Counted from the first letter of the stretch, positions 1 through 11,990 are shown. The stretch is DNA of 64,000 nt from an uncultured Veillonellaceae bacterium (GCA_963805085.1 CAWDTA010000004.1:128001-192000), one strand, 5' to 3'. The notes: generated by a model not told the origin, from the letters alone. Numbers and translations are program-made.

Positions 1-72
1 AAATTTTAAGGTTATGTGTTTTTTTTAATATACTTTAATATATTATATCATTTTATTCTAGTTTTTCAACTT

Positions 73-330
73 TTATTGCACGCGAAAGATAAAAAAACCA
101 TCTTCAACTTCCGGTGTTATGAGCGTATGAAACTTCGCCGCGCTAATACTCACAGGAACAGCGTCGGTAGGAGAGATCGCAAAGCGCCAAAACAAGGCCT
201 GATCACACCATAATTCTCCGATAAAATGATCCTCGACGGTCTCAAAATGCACATCGAAATTCATTGCCAAACATTGCCCTGGTATAAGTAATGCTCCCAT
301 AACAAAAATTGCACATACTAACTTACGCAT
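73..330 (-). CDS. small hypothetical exported protein
   Basis: 85-aa ORF with signal-peptide-like N-terminus (MRKLVCAIFVMGALL...CLA) and GAGGAGG RBS upstream. Confidence 0.6.
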   Translation of the reverse strand: MRKLVCAIFVMGALLIPGQCLAMNFDVHFETVEDHFIGELWCDQALFWRFAISPTDAVPVSISAAKFHTLITPEVEDGFFIFRVQ

Positions 331-401
331 AATTTATTGCCTCCTCATTCGACATGAATATGCTTGTTAATATGTGCAAAACAATAAAATTTATGCAAAA
401 A

Positions 402-878
402 TTATAATTTCATGATGCCGACGACTGCATAGCTTGCAATCCCTTCCTGTGTGCCAGTAAACCCTAATCCTTCGGTTGTCGTCGCTTTCACATTGACCTG
501 ACTTAATTCGCATTGCATCACTCTGGCAATATTTTCATTCATTTGCGGAATAAAACTCGCCAATTTCGGTTTTTGCGCTACTATCGTTGCATCAATATTA
601 TTTACTTTATAACCTGCCTGCCCAATAATATCTCGTACTTTTTCTAGCAATATCATACTAGAAATTCCTTTATAACTGTCATCATGATCAGGGAAATGTC
701 TACCGATATCACCAAGTGCAGCAGCGCCAAGCAAGGCATCTTCAATCGCATGTAATACTACATCGGCATCAGAATGTCCCAGTAACCCTAATGTATGTGG
801 AATTTCTACTCCACCCAAGATTAACCTACGACCTTCCACCAATTTGTGAACATCATAGCCCATACCAAATCTAATCAT
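402..878 (-). CDS. ispF: 2-C-methyl-D-erythritol 2,4-cyclodiphosphate synthase
   Basis: GxDVH, GHSDADV, GDIGxHFPD and KATTTEGLG motifs; overlaps ispD stop. Confidence 0.97.
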   Translation of the reverse strand: MIRFGMGYDVHKLVEGRRLILGGVEIPHTLGLLGHSDADVVLHAIEDALLGAAALGDIGRHFPDHDDSYKGISSMILLEKVRDIIGQAGYKVNNIDATIVAQKPKLASFIPQMNENIARVMQCELSQVNVKATTTEGLGFTGTQEGIASYAVVGIMKL

Positions 879-1636
879 AATTTCTTTACCCCTTTTTTGA
901 ACTTATCTGCAACGTCAGATACAATCGTCGATACTCCAGAGACCAAACGACAAACAACACCTTTTCGCAAAAATGCCTCAGCAATAATAAAATCTTCTGG
1001 CGTTGTTATTTTTAAATTACTATAATCACCTTTGACCACTTTTACTTCTATGCCTAACCGTTCTACTAAACTGGAATCATCAGTGCCAAGGAAATGATCC
1101 TCTTTTGCTTTTTTATAGGCATTTAAAATAATGTCTCGTTGAAAACCTTGCGGCGTTTGTACCGACCATAAGGTACTACGTTCTGGTGTCGCCGTGACAA
1201 CCTGATCTTCATCGACAATTTTGATTGTATTTTTAGCTGGAACGCCAGTAACGCTCGCACCACTTCTTCTTGATTCTTCAACAACCGCCGTAATCACTGT
1301 ATCACTGATAAGCGGTCTAGCACCGTCATGTACCAAAACGATATCTGTATTCTCATGCAAGGCCGCAAGCCCGTTGGCAATCGAGTATTGCCTTTCTGTA
1401 CTTCCAGCGATAACTTGCCAAGGTTTCAAGTTGGGTACTGCCCTTAGTAGTGTTGTTACAACCGCAACTTCTTCTGGCGCTACCACAATAATTAAATCAT
1501 CAATGGCTGCACACTTAGAAAAAGCCAATACCGTATGTACTAAGATAGGCTTACCGAAAAGTTCTAGGAATACTTTATTTACCCCCACTTCCATTCGTTT
1601 ACCTTGTCCAGCAGCAGGAAAAATTGCCGTTACCAT
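875..1636 (-). CDS. ispD: 2-C-methyl-D-erythritol 4-phosphate cytidylyltransferase
   Basis: AAGxGxRM, VHDGARP, QTPQ, TDD and KITTPED motifs. Confidence 0.97.
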   Translation of the reverse strand: MVTAIFPAAGQGKRMEVGVNKVFLELFGKPILVHTVLAFSKCAAIDDLIIVVAPEEVAVVTTLLRAVPNLKPWQVIAGSTERQYSIANGLAALHENTDIVLVHDGARPLISDTVITAVVEESRRSGASVTGVPAKNTIKIVDEDQVVTATPERSTLWSVQTPQGFQRDIILNAYKKAKEDHFLGTDDSSLVERLGIEVKVVKGDYSNLKITTPEDFIIAEAFLRKGVVCRLVSGVSTIVSDVADKFKKGVKKL

Positions 1637-1674
1637 ACTATCCCTACCTTTATTTAAAATTACTTATTTTCATC

Positions 1675-1796
1675 AGAGACTGTTACAAAATACTCATCTG
1701 GCTCATCCTGCGAACACTCACTCAACGTACTACATCGTACGCCCTCCGCTCGCGTTCTCGTCGCGCCTAGCATTTGGGCATCTTATAACAGTCTCT
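1675..1796 (-). repeat. dispersed ~120-nt hairpin element, copy A (ispD leader)
   Basis: terminal inverted repeat AGAGACTGTTA...TAACAGTCTCT; core CATCTG...CGTAC-N-GTACG...GCCTAGCAT; closely similar to 21135-21257. Confidence 0.85.
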
Positions 1797-1928
1797 TGCA
1801 TTTTATGGTTGTGTGTTCTTTGAAACACACTTTATCAAATGTCACTTCATAACGAATCACTGTATGTATTATAATACTATATTTCTTAATAACATTCAAA
1901 ATAATACTTCCCTAACTCTATAAACGCA

Positions 1929-1963
1929 AAAAAAAATTCTGCACTCAAACGAGAATGCAGAAC
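1929..1963 (-). terminator. intrinsic terminator after yacL
   Basis: TTCTGCA...TGCAGAA stem next to an A-run (U-tract on the - strand). Confidence 0.6.
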
Positions 1964-2004
1964 GATATAGAACCTATAGTTTTTATATCAGCAACTAGAG
2001 TTAG

Positions 2005-3132
2005 TTAAGCACCTTTTTCTGCCGCTCTTGGCTTAGCGAATATCATTCTACCGGCTGCAGTTTGAAGTACCGAAGTAACAACAACCTCGAGCGTTTCATT
2101 CATATGCTTTTTACCACCCTCAACGACAATCATCGTACCATCGTCGAGATAAGCTACCCCTTGCGCCATTTCTTTACCATCTTTTACAACAGTAACAACC
2201 ATGTTTTCCCCAGGAATAACGACTGGCTTAACCGCATTTGACAGTTCATTGATATTCAAAACTGGAACACCCTGTAATTCTGATACTTTATTTAGATTAT
2301 AGTCATTGGTAATGATTTTACCATGTACCAATTGACCCAATTTTACCAATTTAGAATCTACTTCAGAAATATCATCAAAATCGCGCTCATCAATTTGCAC
2401 ATACATACCAAATTCTTTTTGAATACGATTTAAAACATCAAGACCACGTCTACCACGATTCCGTTTTAGTAAATCTGAAGAATCTGCGATATGTTGCAAT
2501 TCTTCTAGTACAAAGACTGGGATTAGAATCGTGCCTTCAATAAAACCACTTTGACAAATATCAGCAATACGACCATCGATAATAACACTTGTATCTAAAA
2601 GCTTATAATGACGTTCGTCTTCATTAGATTGATCCTTGTCTTTTCCTTTTTCCCTAACCATTCTCGGTATGAATTCAAATAACCCCGCGATTTCATCGCG
2701 TTTTTGTATGGTGATGTGAATTCCCAAATATCCCAATACGATACTTAGCACAATTGGAATATAATTTCCCACAAATGGAATCGGCGAAAATGCTGAACCT
2801 AATAAATTCGCAATGATAAGTCCAATAGCCAAACCAACAGCACCTGCGATAACATCATGAATAGGCATTTTGCTAAGTTGCACTTCCACCCACACCGATA
2901 ACTTCAACAATTTGTTGACCAAGTACGGGGAAATAAAGAAACCAATACCACCTCCGATAACGCCACCTAATAAAACTGATAACAAATTTGTCATCGTAAT
3001 GCCGAAAATCCCCATTTTCAAGAACTCAGCACTAATTAAAAGTGTCAATAACGGATTTGCAAATTTCATAAGAACCAAACCAAGAATCGCCATTAAAATC
3101 GTAATAACCAAACGTAAAACTTTATCTAACAC
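2005..3132 (-). CDS. yacL: PIN/TRAM domain membrane protein (YacL family)
   Basis: LDTSVIIDGRI PIN motif, TNDYNLNKV, GVAYLDDGTMIVVE TRAM domain; GTG start at 3132 after GGAGGTG. Confidence 0.92.
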   Translation of the reverse strand: MLDKVLRLVITILMAILGLVLMKFANPLLTLLISAEFLKMGIFGITMTNLLSVLLGGVIGGGIGFFISPYLVNKLLKLSVWVEVQLSKMPIHDVIAGAVGLAIGLIIANLLGSAFSPIPFVGNYIPIVLSIVLGYLGIHITIQKRDEIAGLFEFIPRMVREKGKDKDQSNEDERHYKLLDTSVIIDGRIADICQSGFIEGTILIPVFVLEELQHIADSSDLLKRNRGRRGLDVLNRIQKEFGMYVQIDERDFDDISEVDSKLVKLGQLVHGKIITNDYNLNKVSELQGVPVLNINELSNAVKPVVIPGENMVVTVVKDGKEMAQGVAYLDDGTMIVVEGGKKHMNETLEVVVTSVLQTAAGRMIFAKPRAAEKGA

Positions 3133-3213
3133 TTTTTCACCTCCTTCCAAATATTACAATATTTTTTTTACGAATACAAGCTTATTCTACCCATAAAACA
3201 ATAAAAAAATACG

Positions 3214-3708
3214 TCAGTTACCTGGCGTATTTTTATCAAGCATTTCATACATCCACGTCTCTACAGAAGAAGCATCTTTATCGCAAGCTAATACTAGCTC
3301 ACTCACTAATATTTGCTTTGCAGTGTCCAATAACCTTCTTTCCCCTGTAGAAATTTTTTTTGTACGGTCTTGTAAAACTAAATTTCTCACGATTTCAGCT
3401 ACATCATATATACTACCACTTTTAATTTTTAATAAATTTGCGTTAAATCTTCTATTCCAACTACCCGTTACTATTTCAGGTTCACTCTGAAGTACCACAA
3501 CGACTTTTTCAACTTCATCTTGCGTAATAACTTCACGCAATCCAATATTTTCAACATTATTTAATGGTATCATAACTTTCATACCGCCAAAAGGCATCCG
3601 AAGGACATAATAGGATTTTGTTTCTCCCATTACCTCGCATTCCTCTATACCTTCTATGATACCGGCGCCATGCATTGGATAAACTACCTTATCACCTATA
3701 CTAAGCAC
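3214..3708 (-). CDS. carD: CarD family transcriptional regulator
   Basis: GDKVVYPMHGAG motif and conserved WNRR. Confidence 0.93.
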   Translation of the reverse strand: MLSIGDKVVYPMHGAGIIEGIEECEVMGETKSYYVLRMPFGGMKVMIPLNNVENIGLREVITQDEVEKVVVVLQSEPEIVTGSWNRRFNANLLKIKSGSIYDVAEIVRNLVLQDRTKKISTGERRLLDTAKQILVSELVLACDKDASSVETWMYEMLDKNTPGN

Positions 3709-3850
3709 AGCAGCACCTCCTAATATAGATAGATTATATCATATGATTTTATCTTTGTCAAAATTTCTAATTTTATCACGTGTGATTATCGTTGTCAATC
3801 GTTGACATAAAAAAAAACAAACATAACTCAAAGAGTTATGTTTGTTTTTC

Positions 3851-5215
3851 TTAATGAAACAATAGCAAACTAGTTGAAACCATAACGATCATTGCTACAA
3901 TCATCGGAATAGCCGTTCTTTTTACCAAATCAAATGGCGATATATTGCCAAGACTTGCCGTAACAACGATAACCGCTGTAATTGGCGACATACTCCTAGC
4001 GATACTTGCGGCAAAATGCATTGGCATTAACATCAGCACTGGTGCCAAGCCCATCTTAGCTGCGACCACTGGTGTTAGTGAGGCAAATGCAAAGAATGGT
4101 GCATTACCAGACCCCATAATAACAGCACTAATTCCAATGATGGCTACCATAACCAGAACCATTCCTACACCACCAAATCCCGAACTTTGTGCACCATTAA
4201 TAATCGCATCAATCGTTCCCATACAAGTAAGACCTTTCGCAAAGGTTTCACCAGCAACAATCAGCGTTACTACATTGGCCATCTGCACCCCTAAGCCATC
4301 AAAGAATGGTTGCATATCATCAAACACTTTTTTTCCATCGCGATGACGAATATATTCACAAATCATCGTAATAAATAGACCGATAAACATCGCTTTAACA
4401 ATGTCCATTTTAATCCATGAAATCCATAGATTACTAAAAATTAAGATTAAGAACAACGGAATCATTGGTAATAAGGCATAGATTTTAGGAGGCAACTCCG
4501 TCTCATGCACTATTTTTTCTTTATTACTTCGTTCTACTACATGCTGATCTTGCTTATCAAAATATCTTTGAACAAAGAAATGTGTAATCGCCCCTGCAAT
4601 CAATACAGCGATCGTTACTGGCACCTGGTACCCAGTCCAATACGTTGTAATATCAAGACCAGCTGTTGCTGCCGATAAAATACTACCTGGATCAGCAGGA
4701 CTCCAATCCATACAAAGCGTAGTTGCAATAACAGCGCAAGCCGATAATCTACTTACGCCTAGATTTACAAGAACCGGGAACACGGTTACCATCAATAACA
4801 TGGCCAGACCAGAGGCACTATTGATGAATAAACCTAAGCACATGCCCACAATCCAGGAAGCAGCCATCACAGTATAGGGTGCATTGAGTTTTGAAAGCGG
4901 TCTAATTGCAATATGTACCAAAGCCTTACTCGCGCCAATATGCTCCATATACCGTGCAAAACCACCTACTGCCATAATATTAAGGCCAAGTGCAGCAGCC
5001 CTAGAACTCAATGTATTTTTGATAAATTCGAACATATCAAAGAACATCAATCCCGTACTATCTTTTTCTGGTAGAATTTGCCCATACCCAAGCAATACCG
5101 CAAAAAACATTAAGATTATTCCAGAAAAAAACAAAACTGGTTGTGCCTTGTATTTTTGGGTTATTAAAAAGCCCGTCCAAATAGTAACCACCAAGGAAAT
5201 CATGACATTTAAAAT
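3851..5215 (-). CDS. C4-dicarboxylate transporter, DcuC/DcuD family
   Basis: polytopic membrane protein with GGFARYM, GSGNAPFFAF and RSMSPITAV motifs; start uncertain (ATT at 5215 or TTG at 5224). Confidence 0.88.
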   Translation of the reverse strand: MLNVMISLVVTIWTGFLITQKYKAQPVLFFSGIILMFFAVLLGYGQILPEKDSTGLMFFDMFEFIKNTLSSRAAALGLNIMAVGGFARYMEHIGASKALVHIAIRPLSKLNAPYTVMAASWIVGMCLGLFINSASGLAMLLMVTVFPVLVNLGVSRLSACAVIATTLCMDWSPADPGSILSAATAGLDITTYWTGYQVPVTIAVLIAGAITHFFVQRYFDKQDQHVVERSNKEKIVHETELPPKIYALLPMIPLFLILIFSNLWISWIKMDIVKAMFIGLFITMICEYIRHRDGKKVFDDMQPFFDGLGVQMANVVTLIVAGETFAKGLTCMGTIDAIINGAQSSGFGGVGMVLVMVAIIGISAVIMGSGNAPFFAFASLTPVVAAKMGLAPVLMLMPMHFAASIARSMSPITAVIVVTASLGNISPFDLVKRTAIPMIVAMIVMVSTSLLLFH

Positions 5216-5373
5216 AAAAATCAACTCCTATTCTATTTTATATAAATTCTATACTGACATAAAAATTTCACGAACGCAAATAATTCTAATATTATAAATT
5301 ACATAGATATGGCTTGGTAGGGAAAAACTATTCTTATATTCACGCGAAAATGTTTACTTTTGGAGGATAAACA

Positions 5374-5685
5374 ATGTTAAAACCCAAACATTTTCTCTTT
5401 TTATTCTGTCTTATTCTTATTTTGCTATCTGCCTACTATTTGATACCGATAACCCCATTAAAGAATAGATATATATCCCCTCCCACTCAAGTAGACACAA
5501 TACAAAAAAAGTATGACTATTATGACATCAGCGACGAAGCAGATCAAAAAAACCTTATGCGCATTCCAGTCGTCGTTAATATTGGCGATGAACTCATTAC
5601 TGAGGACAATAAACTTTATCGTGTAACAAGAATTGAAGAAAATCATGCATATGCTGCGTTTATTCGAAATGTAAAATTACGTTAA
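5374..5685 (+). CDS. small membrane-anchored protein resembling the N-terminal domain of clostridial SpoIIP
   Basis: GGAGG RBS, N-terminal TM helix, GDELITEDNKLYRVTRIEENHAYA motif. Confidence 0.6.
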   Translation: MLKPKHFLFLFCLILILLSAYYLIPITPLKNRYISPPTQVDTIQKKYDYYDISDEADQKNLMRIPVVVNIGDELITEDNKLYRVTRIEENHAYAAFIRNVKLR

Positions 5686-5719
5686 AAGTTGCTGTGAAAA
5701 ATTTTTCACAGCAACTTTT

Positions 5720-7084
5720 CTATCCAAGTGCAATTTCAAGTGCTTCACTCACACTTTCTACACCGTGCAATTTAATTGGTAGATCGAGGGTTAGATTCAC
5801 TAAATTTTTCTTTGGCAAAATAATATTCGTAAATCCCATTTTCACCGCTTCACGAATTCTGCTTTCTGCCTGTGTTACAGCGCGAACTTCACCAGCAAGG
5901 CCAACCTCACCAAATACAATTGTCTTCGCTAAAATTTTTGAATTGCGATAACTTGAAGCTAAAGCAACAGTCAACCCTAGGTCAATGGCTGGCTCATCAA
6001 TTTTAATTCCACCAGCAACCTTGACATACACATCACAAGCACCGAGCATCATGCCTACGCGTTTCTCTAATACAGCGAGTAATAGTTGAATTCTTTTTAC
6101 GTCTACATAATCTGAAGTTCTTCTCGGCGGTACATAGGGAGTCTGTCCTACGAGTGCTTGGACCTCCACCAATAATGGTCTCGTTCCTTCTACCGTTGGG
6201 ACAATAACACTGCCGGAAACCTCCGTCGGACAGTCAGATAAGAATAATTTTGAAGCATCAGGAACATCGACCAAGCCAATACCACGCATTTCAAACAAGC
6301 CAATTTCATTGGTACTACCAAAACGATTTTTCACGGCCCTGAGTATTCTAAATTGAGCATTACGTTCCCCCTCAAAATAAAGCACCGTGTCAACAATATG
6401 CTCTAGAACCCTTGGCCCCGCTAATGTTCCATCTTTGGTAACGTGACCGATTACAAAAATAGCGATACCATTGTTCTTGGCAATTCTAAGTAGTTCGACG
6501 GCACATTCTCTTACTTGACTCACACTACCAGGCGCTGATTGCACCTCCGGTTTAAACACCGTTTGAATAGAATCAATCACAAAGAGCTCTGGCTTTATAT
6601 CCAATACGTGCTTATTAATTAACTCTAAATTTGTTTCACTCAATACAAATAAATCTTGTTCAATCGCTGACAAACGATCCGCTCGCATCCTGACTTGCCT
6701 CGTACTCTCTTCCCCTGTAACATAAAGTACTTTTCCATGCACTTTGGCAATATCGGCACAAACCTTCAAGGTTAAACTCGATTTCCCCACGCCAGGATCG
6801 CCGACAATTAAAACCATGGAACCAGGAATTACCCCACCGCCAAGGACACGATCAAGTTCACCAGACCCAGTTGAAAACCTTGGCATATCTTCAACGTTTA
6901 CATCAGTAATCGCTTCGGGCTTACTTGAACTAGCCAGACCGATACTAAGCCCACCTTTTTTTTCTGGAATAATCGTCTCTTCCACCATTGTATTCCACTG
7001 CCCGCAACCTGGACACTTTCCTAGCCACTTTGGTGCATCATAGCCACATTCTTGGCACATATAAACCGTCTTCCGCTTCACCAT
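5720..7084 (-). CDS. radA: DNA repair protein RadA/Sms
   Basis: C4 zinc finger, Walker A GDPGVGKS, KNRFG motif, Lon-like C-terminus. Confidence 0.97.
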   Translation of the reverse strand: MVKRKTVYMCQECGYDAPKWLGKCPGCGQWNTMVEETIIPEKKGGLSIGLASSSKPEAITDVNVEDMPRFSTGSGELDRVLGGGVIPGSMVLIVGDPGVGKSSLTLKVCADIAKVHGKVLYVTGEESTRQVRMRADRLSAIEQDLFVLSETNLELINKHVLDIKPELFVIDSIQTVFKPEVQSAPGSVSQVRECAVELLRIAKNNGIAIFVIGHVTKDGTLAGPRVLEHIVDTVLYFEGERNAQFRILRAVKNRFGSTNEIGLFEMRGIGLVDVPDASKLFLSDCPTEVSGSVIVPTVEGTRPLLVEVQALVGQTPYVPPRRTSDYVDVKRIQLLLAVLEKRVGMMLGACDVYVKVAGGIKIDEPAIDLGLTVALASSYRNSKILAKTIVFGEVGLAGEVRAVTQAESRIREAVKMGFTNIILPKKNLVNLTLDLPIKLHGVESVSEALEIALG

Positions 7085-7367
7085 AACTCTGCTCCTTTTC
7101 CTCTCTCAGACCATTACTTCGTTTATTCTTGTTTTATAAAATTGACCATTCTTTTCGGTAAATAAAAAATGGCTGTTATAACTATCCTGAGTATTGCCTT
7201 CGTTAACCAAGCAATTGCAATACAAAAGTTTAAAATCGTATTCATACTTATAGCCTCTATCATTCATTATAAAAATATCACTGTTGTTCCTTTATGATTA
7301 ATTTCGTTACTTTGCTTGGATACTCCTTTATATTATCTACTATTCAAACATCAATCATTTTATCATA

Positions 7368-7414
7368 AAAAGCCTCCAAACTGATTGCTTTTATACATCA
7401 ATTTGAAGGCTTTT
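7368..7414 (-). terminator. terminator downstream of clpC
   Basis: AAAAGCCT-CAAA...TTTG-AGGCTTTT inverted repeat. Confidence 0.6.
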
Positions 7415-7456
7415 CTTATTGTCATTATAGTTTTTTCGTATTCTTCGGCGAAAATA

Positions 7457-9919
7457 TTAGGATTGCACCTCAACTTCAGAAATAGTTTCTTTTACAAACG
7501 TTAGTTTTCCATCACTCGCATCAATTTTTATTGTATCACCAGCTTTAAACTCTGTGGTTAAAATACGTTCGGCGATTTCATCTTCAACAAATTTTTGAAT
7601 GGCCCGTTTTAATGGTCTTGCACCATAGCTAAAGTCTGAGCCTTCTTTAATAATTCTTTCTTTTGCCTCAGCTGTGATATGCATGCTAATTTCCATATCA
7701 CGAAGTCGTTTCGTAACGTCTTTCATCATGATTTCAACAATATTAACAAGCTCTTTTTTCGTTAATGCATTAAATACTAACATCTCATCAACGCGGTTGA
7801 TAAATTCTGGTCTAAATAAACGTTTCACTTCATCGAGCACTTTTTTCTTGGCTGCATCAGCCGTCACTTCGGACTGAGCCCCCGTTAAAAAGCCAACCGT
7901 TGTATTCTCTTGCTTGAGGTATTTCGCCCCAACATTAGATGTCATAATAATGACAGTATTTTTGAAATCTACCGTTCTACCTTGGCTATCTGTCAAACGC
8001 CCATCTTCTAATACTTGCAATAAAATATTAAAGACATCATGATGCGCTTTTTCAATTTCATCTAGTAAAATCACAGCATATGGTTTACGACGTACTACAT
8101 CTGTTAACTGCCCGCCTTCTTCAAAACCAACATACCCCGGCGGTGCACCGATTAAACGCGACACTGTATGTTTCTCCATATACTCCGACATGTCAAACCG
8201 AATCATTGCACTTTCATCACCGAATAAACTTTCAGCTAATGCACGCGCAAGTTCAGTTTTACCAACACCAGTTGGTCCAAGGAATAAGAATGAACCAATA
8301 GGACGCTTTGCGTCTTTTAGCCCAGCCCTTGCGCGGCGTACTGCTTTTGCCACTGCTTTTACAGCTTCACCTTGACCTACTACCCGTTTTTCTAGAATAG
8401 ATTCCATTTTTAATAAACGTTCTGATTCTTCTGCCGCCAATTTTTTTACTGGAATCCCCGTCCAAGTAGCTACCACTTGGGCGATATCTTCTGGCGTGAC
8501 AACAATGCGTGCATTTTCACGGTCACTCCATTGTTTTTGCTTACCTTCTAGCGCTTCTTTTACCCGACCTTCTTCATCCCGAATCTTCGCTGCACGTTCA
8601 TATTCTTGCGCTGTAATTGCCGCTTCTTTTTCTGTTCTTAATTTTTCCAACTCTTTTTCTAAGCCTTTAATATCATCGGGCTGTGAAACGGACTGCAATC
8701 TGACCCGCGACGATGCTTCATCCATCAAATCAATTGCCTTATCCGGTAAGAAACGATCTGCAATATAGCGATGTGACAATTTTACTGCGGCATCAATGGC
8801 TTCATCAGTAATTTGCGCCCGATGGAATGCTTCGTACTTATCGCGAATCCCACGTAAAATCTTAATTGCATCTTCCACCGATGGTTCCCCTACGGTAATC
8901 GGCTGAAAACGACGTTCCAGAGCAGAATCCTTTTCGATATATTTCTTATACTCATTCAACGTGGTTGCCCCAATGGTCTGCAATTCACCACGCGCTAACG
9001 CTGGTTTTAAAATATTGGCTGCATCAATGGAACCCTCGGCCGCCCCTGCACCAATCAACGTATGCATTTCATCAATAAATAAAATTACATCACTCGATTT
9101 TTTAATTTCTTCGATGATTTTTTTCATCCGCTCTTCAAATTCGCCGCGATACTTTGCCCCAGCAACGACTGAAGCCATATTCAAAGATACGACCCGTTTA
9201 CTTGCCAATACCTCTGGCACCGTGCCTTGCATAATGCGCTGTGCTAGCCCTTCAGCAATTGCAGTTTTCCCTACCCCCGGTTCACCAATTAAAATTGGGT
9301 TATTTTTAGTCCGACGACTTAGGATTTGAATGACGCGTTCAATCTCTACATCGCGACCAATCACAGGATCAATTTTTCCTTGGGTTGCTAAATCATTTAG
9401 ATTACTCCCGTATTCATTTAAGGTTGGTGTATCCTTTGCTTTTTTTGCCACACTCTTACCTTCACCCGCATTGCCACCATTCGCAGCAGAACCGCCTAAC
9501 ATATCCATCACAAATTCACGTACACTTTCAACATCTGCACCCAAAGCCGATAAAACCCGCGCAGCAACGCCTTCATCCTCACGAATCAATCCCAATAGAA
9601 TATGCTCCGTACCAATATAGTTATGACCAAGTAGTTGTGACTCTGCTAACGACAATTCCATCACTCGTTTTGCTCTAGGGGTGTAAGAAAAGCCTTCACT
9701 AGCCCCCTTACCATGACCAATAAGTTCTTCGACTTGACTACGCACAGTCTCCAAATCTATTTCTAGCGATAGCAAAGCTTTTGCCGCTACACCCTCGCCT
9801 TCTCGAATTAAGCCTAGTAATAAATGCTCCGTACCAACGTAATTATGTCCTAGTTCTTGCGCTTCATATTGTGCCAATTCCAAGACCTTGATTGCTCTTG
9901 TAGTAAATCTACTATTCAT
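7457..9919 (-). CDS. clpC: ATP-dependent Clp protease ATP-binding subunit ClpC
   Basis: double Clp-N repeats, two AAA+ modules ([16 protein letters not shown]), UVR middle domain. Confidence 0.97.
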   Translation of the reverse strand: MNSRFTTRAIKVLELAQYEAQELGHNYVGTEHLLLGLIREGEGVAAKALLSLEIDLETVRSQVEELIGHGKGASEGFSYTPRAKRVMELSLAESQLLGHNYIGTEHILLGLIREDEGVAARVLSALGADVESVREFVMDMLGGSAANGGNAGEGKSVAKKAKDTPTLNEYGSNLNDLATQGKIDPVIGRDVEIERVIQILSRRTKNNPILIGEPGVGKTAIAEGLAQRIMQGTVPEVLASKRVVSLNMASVVAGAKYRGEFEERMKKIIEEIKKSSDVILFIDEMHTLIGAGAAEGSIDAANILKPALARGELQTIGATTLNEYKKYIEKDSALERRFQPITVGEPSVEDAIKILRGIRDKYEAFHRAQITDEAIDAAVKLSHRYIADRFLPDKAIDLMDEASSRVRLQSVSQPDDIKGLEKELEKLRTEKEAAITAQEYERAAKIRDEEGRVKEALEGKQKQWSDRENARIVVTPEDIAQVVATWTGIPVKKLAAEESERLLKMESILEKRVVGQGEAVKAVAKAVRRARAGLKDAKRPIGSFLFLGPTGVGKTELARALAESLFGDESAMIRFDMSEYMEKHTVSRLIGAPPGYVGFEEGGQLTDVVRRKPYAVILLDEIEKAHHDVFNILLQVLEDGRLTDSQGRTVDFKNTVIIMTSNVGAKYLKQENTTVGFLTGAQSEVTADAAKKKVLDEVKRLFRPEFINRVDEMLVFNALTKKELVNIVEIMMKDVTKRLRDMEISMHITAEAKERIIKEGSDFSYGARPLKRAIQKFVEDEIAERILTTEFKAGDTIKIDASDGKLTFVKETISEVEVQS

Positions 9920-9934
9920 ATTGAATCAACTCCT

Positions 9935-11008
9935 TTAATCATTGCTGCCATTCATCAAGACTTCTCGAATCATCGCAGCCCTTTGTCTATCTATTTCATT
10001 CGGCGATAAATTTCCATTATCCTTTAGGTTTTGTAAATAATTTCCTCGACTCGAAACCAATAGCTCATTAAAAACCTTCGCTGGTACATTATGAATGATA
10101 TTCAAATCTATCCCCATTCTAACTTCACTTAATAAAGCCAAAGCCTCGTTGCCAGTTATCGTGCGCGCGTATTTTAAAACGCCATAAGAACGCCAAACTT
10201 TATCACTCACCACATCGGGTGACTGTGCATACAAGGCTTTACGAGCCGCCCGCTCATGCGTCATGATTTCTAACACCGCACTCGTCAAATTATCGATGGT
10301 TTCTTGTTCACTAAACCCTAGCGTCAATTGATTCGATATCTGAAAAATATTACCAATCACTTCACTCCCCTCACCATAGAGACCTCGAACCGCAAGCCCC
10401 AATTGGGTAGAAGCATTCATAATTTTATTGATTTGCCTAGTAAATACCAACCCTGGTAAATGCATCATAACCGAAGCTCTTAGCCCCGTCCCCAGATTGG
10501 TGGGACAAGAGGTCAAGTATCCCATGTCCTCTGTAAAGGCAATATCCAATTTCGCCTCAATAGTATCATCGATTTTACTTGCCATTTCCAGCGTTGCCCC
10601 TAAATCGAGTCCTGATACCATACATTGAATCCGTAAATGATCCTCTTCATTCACCATAATGCTAATCTTGTCATCTTCACTTACGATTACTAAACGATTC
10701 TCTGGATTCATAATATGGTTGCTACTAATCATATGCTTTTCAACCAAGACATTACGTTCCAAAGTACTAAGCTTATCAATCGACATACTTTGGTATGTCT
10801 TGCCGGTTGCTTCTGCTAATTCAGGAATAATCTCCTCAACATTCTCCTCAACCTTAGAAAGTTGTGCAATATTGGCCCGATTTGGAAAAGGAATCTGGCA
10901 AAGATTACGTGCCAGTCGAACCCGACTAGATAATACAATATCGCTATCAATTCCACTGCCATCCATCCAAGAAGTCAGTGGTTTTATAAATAATTCTGCC
11001 TGTGACAT
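9935..11008 (-). CDS. mcsB: protein arginine kinase McsB
   Basis: SSRVRLARN, NEEDHLRIQ, CPTNLGTG motifs; position in ctsR operon. Confidence 0.96.
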   Translation of the reverse strand: MSQAELFIKPLTSWMDGSGIDSDIVLSSRVRLARNLCQIPFPNRANIAQLSKVEENVEEIIPELAEATGKTYQSMSIDKLSTLERNVLVEKHMISSNHIMNPENRLVIVSEDDKISIMVNEEDHLRIQCMVSGLDLGATLEMASKIDDTIEAKLDIAFTEDMGYLTSCPTNLGTGLRASVMMHLPGLVFTRQINKIMNASTQLGLAVRGLYGEGSEVIGNIFQISNQLTLGFSEQETIDNLTSAVLEIMTHERAARKALYAQSPDVVSDKVWRSYGVLKYARTITGNEALALLSEVRMGIDLNIIHNVPAKVFNELLVSSRGNYLQNLKDNGNLSPNEIDRQRAAMIREVLMNGSND

Positions 11009-11020
11009 ATCAAAGGCCTC

Positions 11021-11530
11021 CTATTCTCCCTCATGAAATTCTTTTTCAATTTCTTTAATTTCATCCCGCAATTTAGCCGCCTGTTCATATTCTTCATTCG
11101 TAACATGATTAGCGAGCGTATTACGCATTTGTTTAATCCGCTGTTTTAATTCAATTTGCCCACCAGAGCGTTTAGGTACTTTACCAATATGGCTACTAGC
11201 TCCATGAATCCGACGAAGTAATGGTTCTAATTTTTTTGCAAACGTAGTATAACAGACATTGCAGCCAATTTTACCAGTACGGCTAAAATCTCGATACGTC
11301 ATTCCACAATTAGGGCACGTCATTACCTTCATTTGTGAATTATCAATTGAACCATTATTAAACATCCCTGCTAAGAAATCATCAACAGAAAATTTTTGAT
11401 CTACATTAAAAATTAATTCACCATACTTCTTCGCACATTCCTCACATAAATGTTTATCTATTTTTTGTGTATTCGTAATTTGCGTAAGATGAACACACGC
11501 TTGATTTTTTTTGCAATCATCACATAGCAC
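11021..11530 (-). CDS. mcsA: McsB activator McsA
   Basis: four CxxC motifs and C-terminal UVR domain. Confidence 0.95.
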   Translation of the reverse strand: MLCDDCKKNQACVHLTQITNTQKIDKHLCEECAKKYGELIFNVDQKFSVDDFLAGMFNNGSIDNSQMKVMTCPNCGMTYRDFSRTGKIGCNVCYTTFAKKLEPLLRRIHGASSHIGKVPKRSGGQIELKQRIKQMRNTLANHVTNEEYEQAAKLRDEIKEIEKEFHEGE

Positions 11531-11543
11531 TGTCTTTTCCCCC

Positions 11544-11990
11544 TTAAGAAAAATTAGCTAAAGTCAAAAATATAGACCGTAGAAATCCGACTCGTTCTTT
11601 TAAATCCAATTTTACAAAGGTAACTGGAACTACTTGAAATAGGAGCGCCGCCTCACGGCTGGCAATAAAACCATGTTGTACTAAATATCGAATCATCACC
11701 TTCACTTCATCCAATGAAGTTTGTTCATTTATTTTATTTAAGATATCCTGATATATAATATTTTGCAAAGGTACTCGAGTGATACGAATAAATCCCCCTA
11801 AGCCACGTCTCGATTCCACAGTAAATCCTTTGGCTATAGTGAAGCGTGTACTGAGGACATACGTGATTTGCGATGGTGCACAGGCGATTTCATCAGCAAT
11901 CTCTGTTCTTCTTAGTTCTATTTTGCTATTTTGCTCCGAGGCTAACCGCTGTAGAATATATTCTTCTATTAAATCCGCTATATTACTCAA
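11544..11990 (-). CDS. ctsR: class III stress gene repressor CtsR
   Basis: SNIADLIEEYI, CAPSQITYVLSTRF, ESRRGLGGFIRI; likely TTG start after AGGTGG. Confidence 0.94.
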   Translation of the reverse strand: MSNIADLIEEYILQRLASEQNSKIELRRTEIADEIACAPSQITYVLSTRFTIAKGFTVESRRGLGGFIRITRVPLQNIIYQDILNKINEQTSLDEVKVMIRYLVQHGFIASREAALLFQVVPVTFVKLDLKERVGFLRSIFLTLANFS

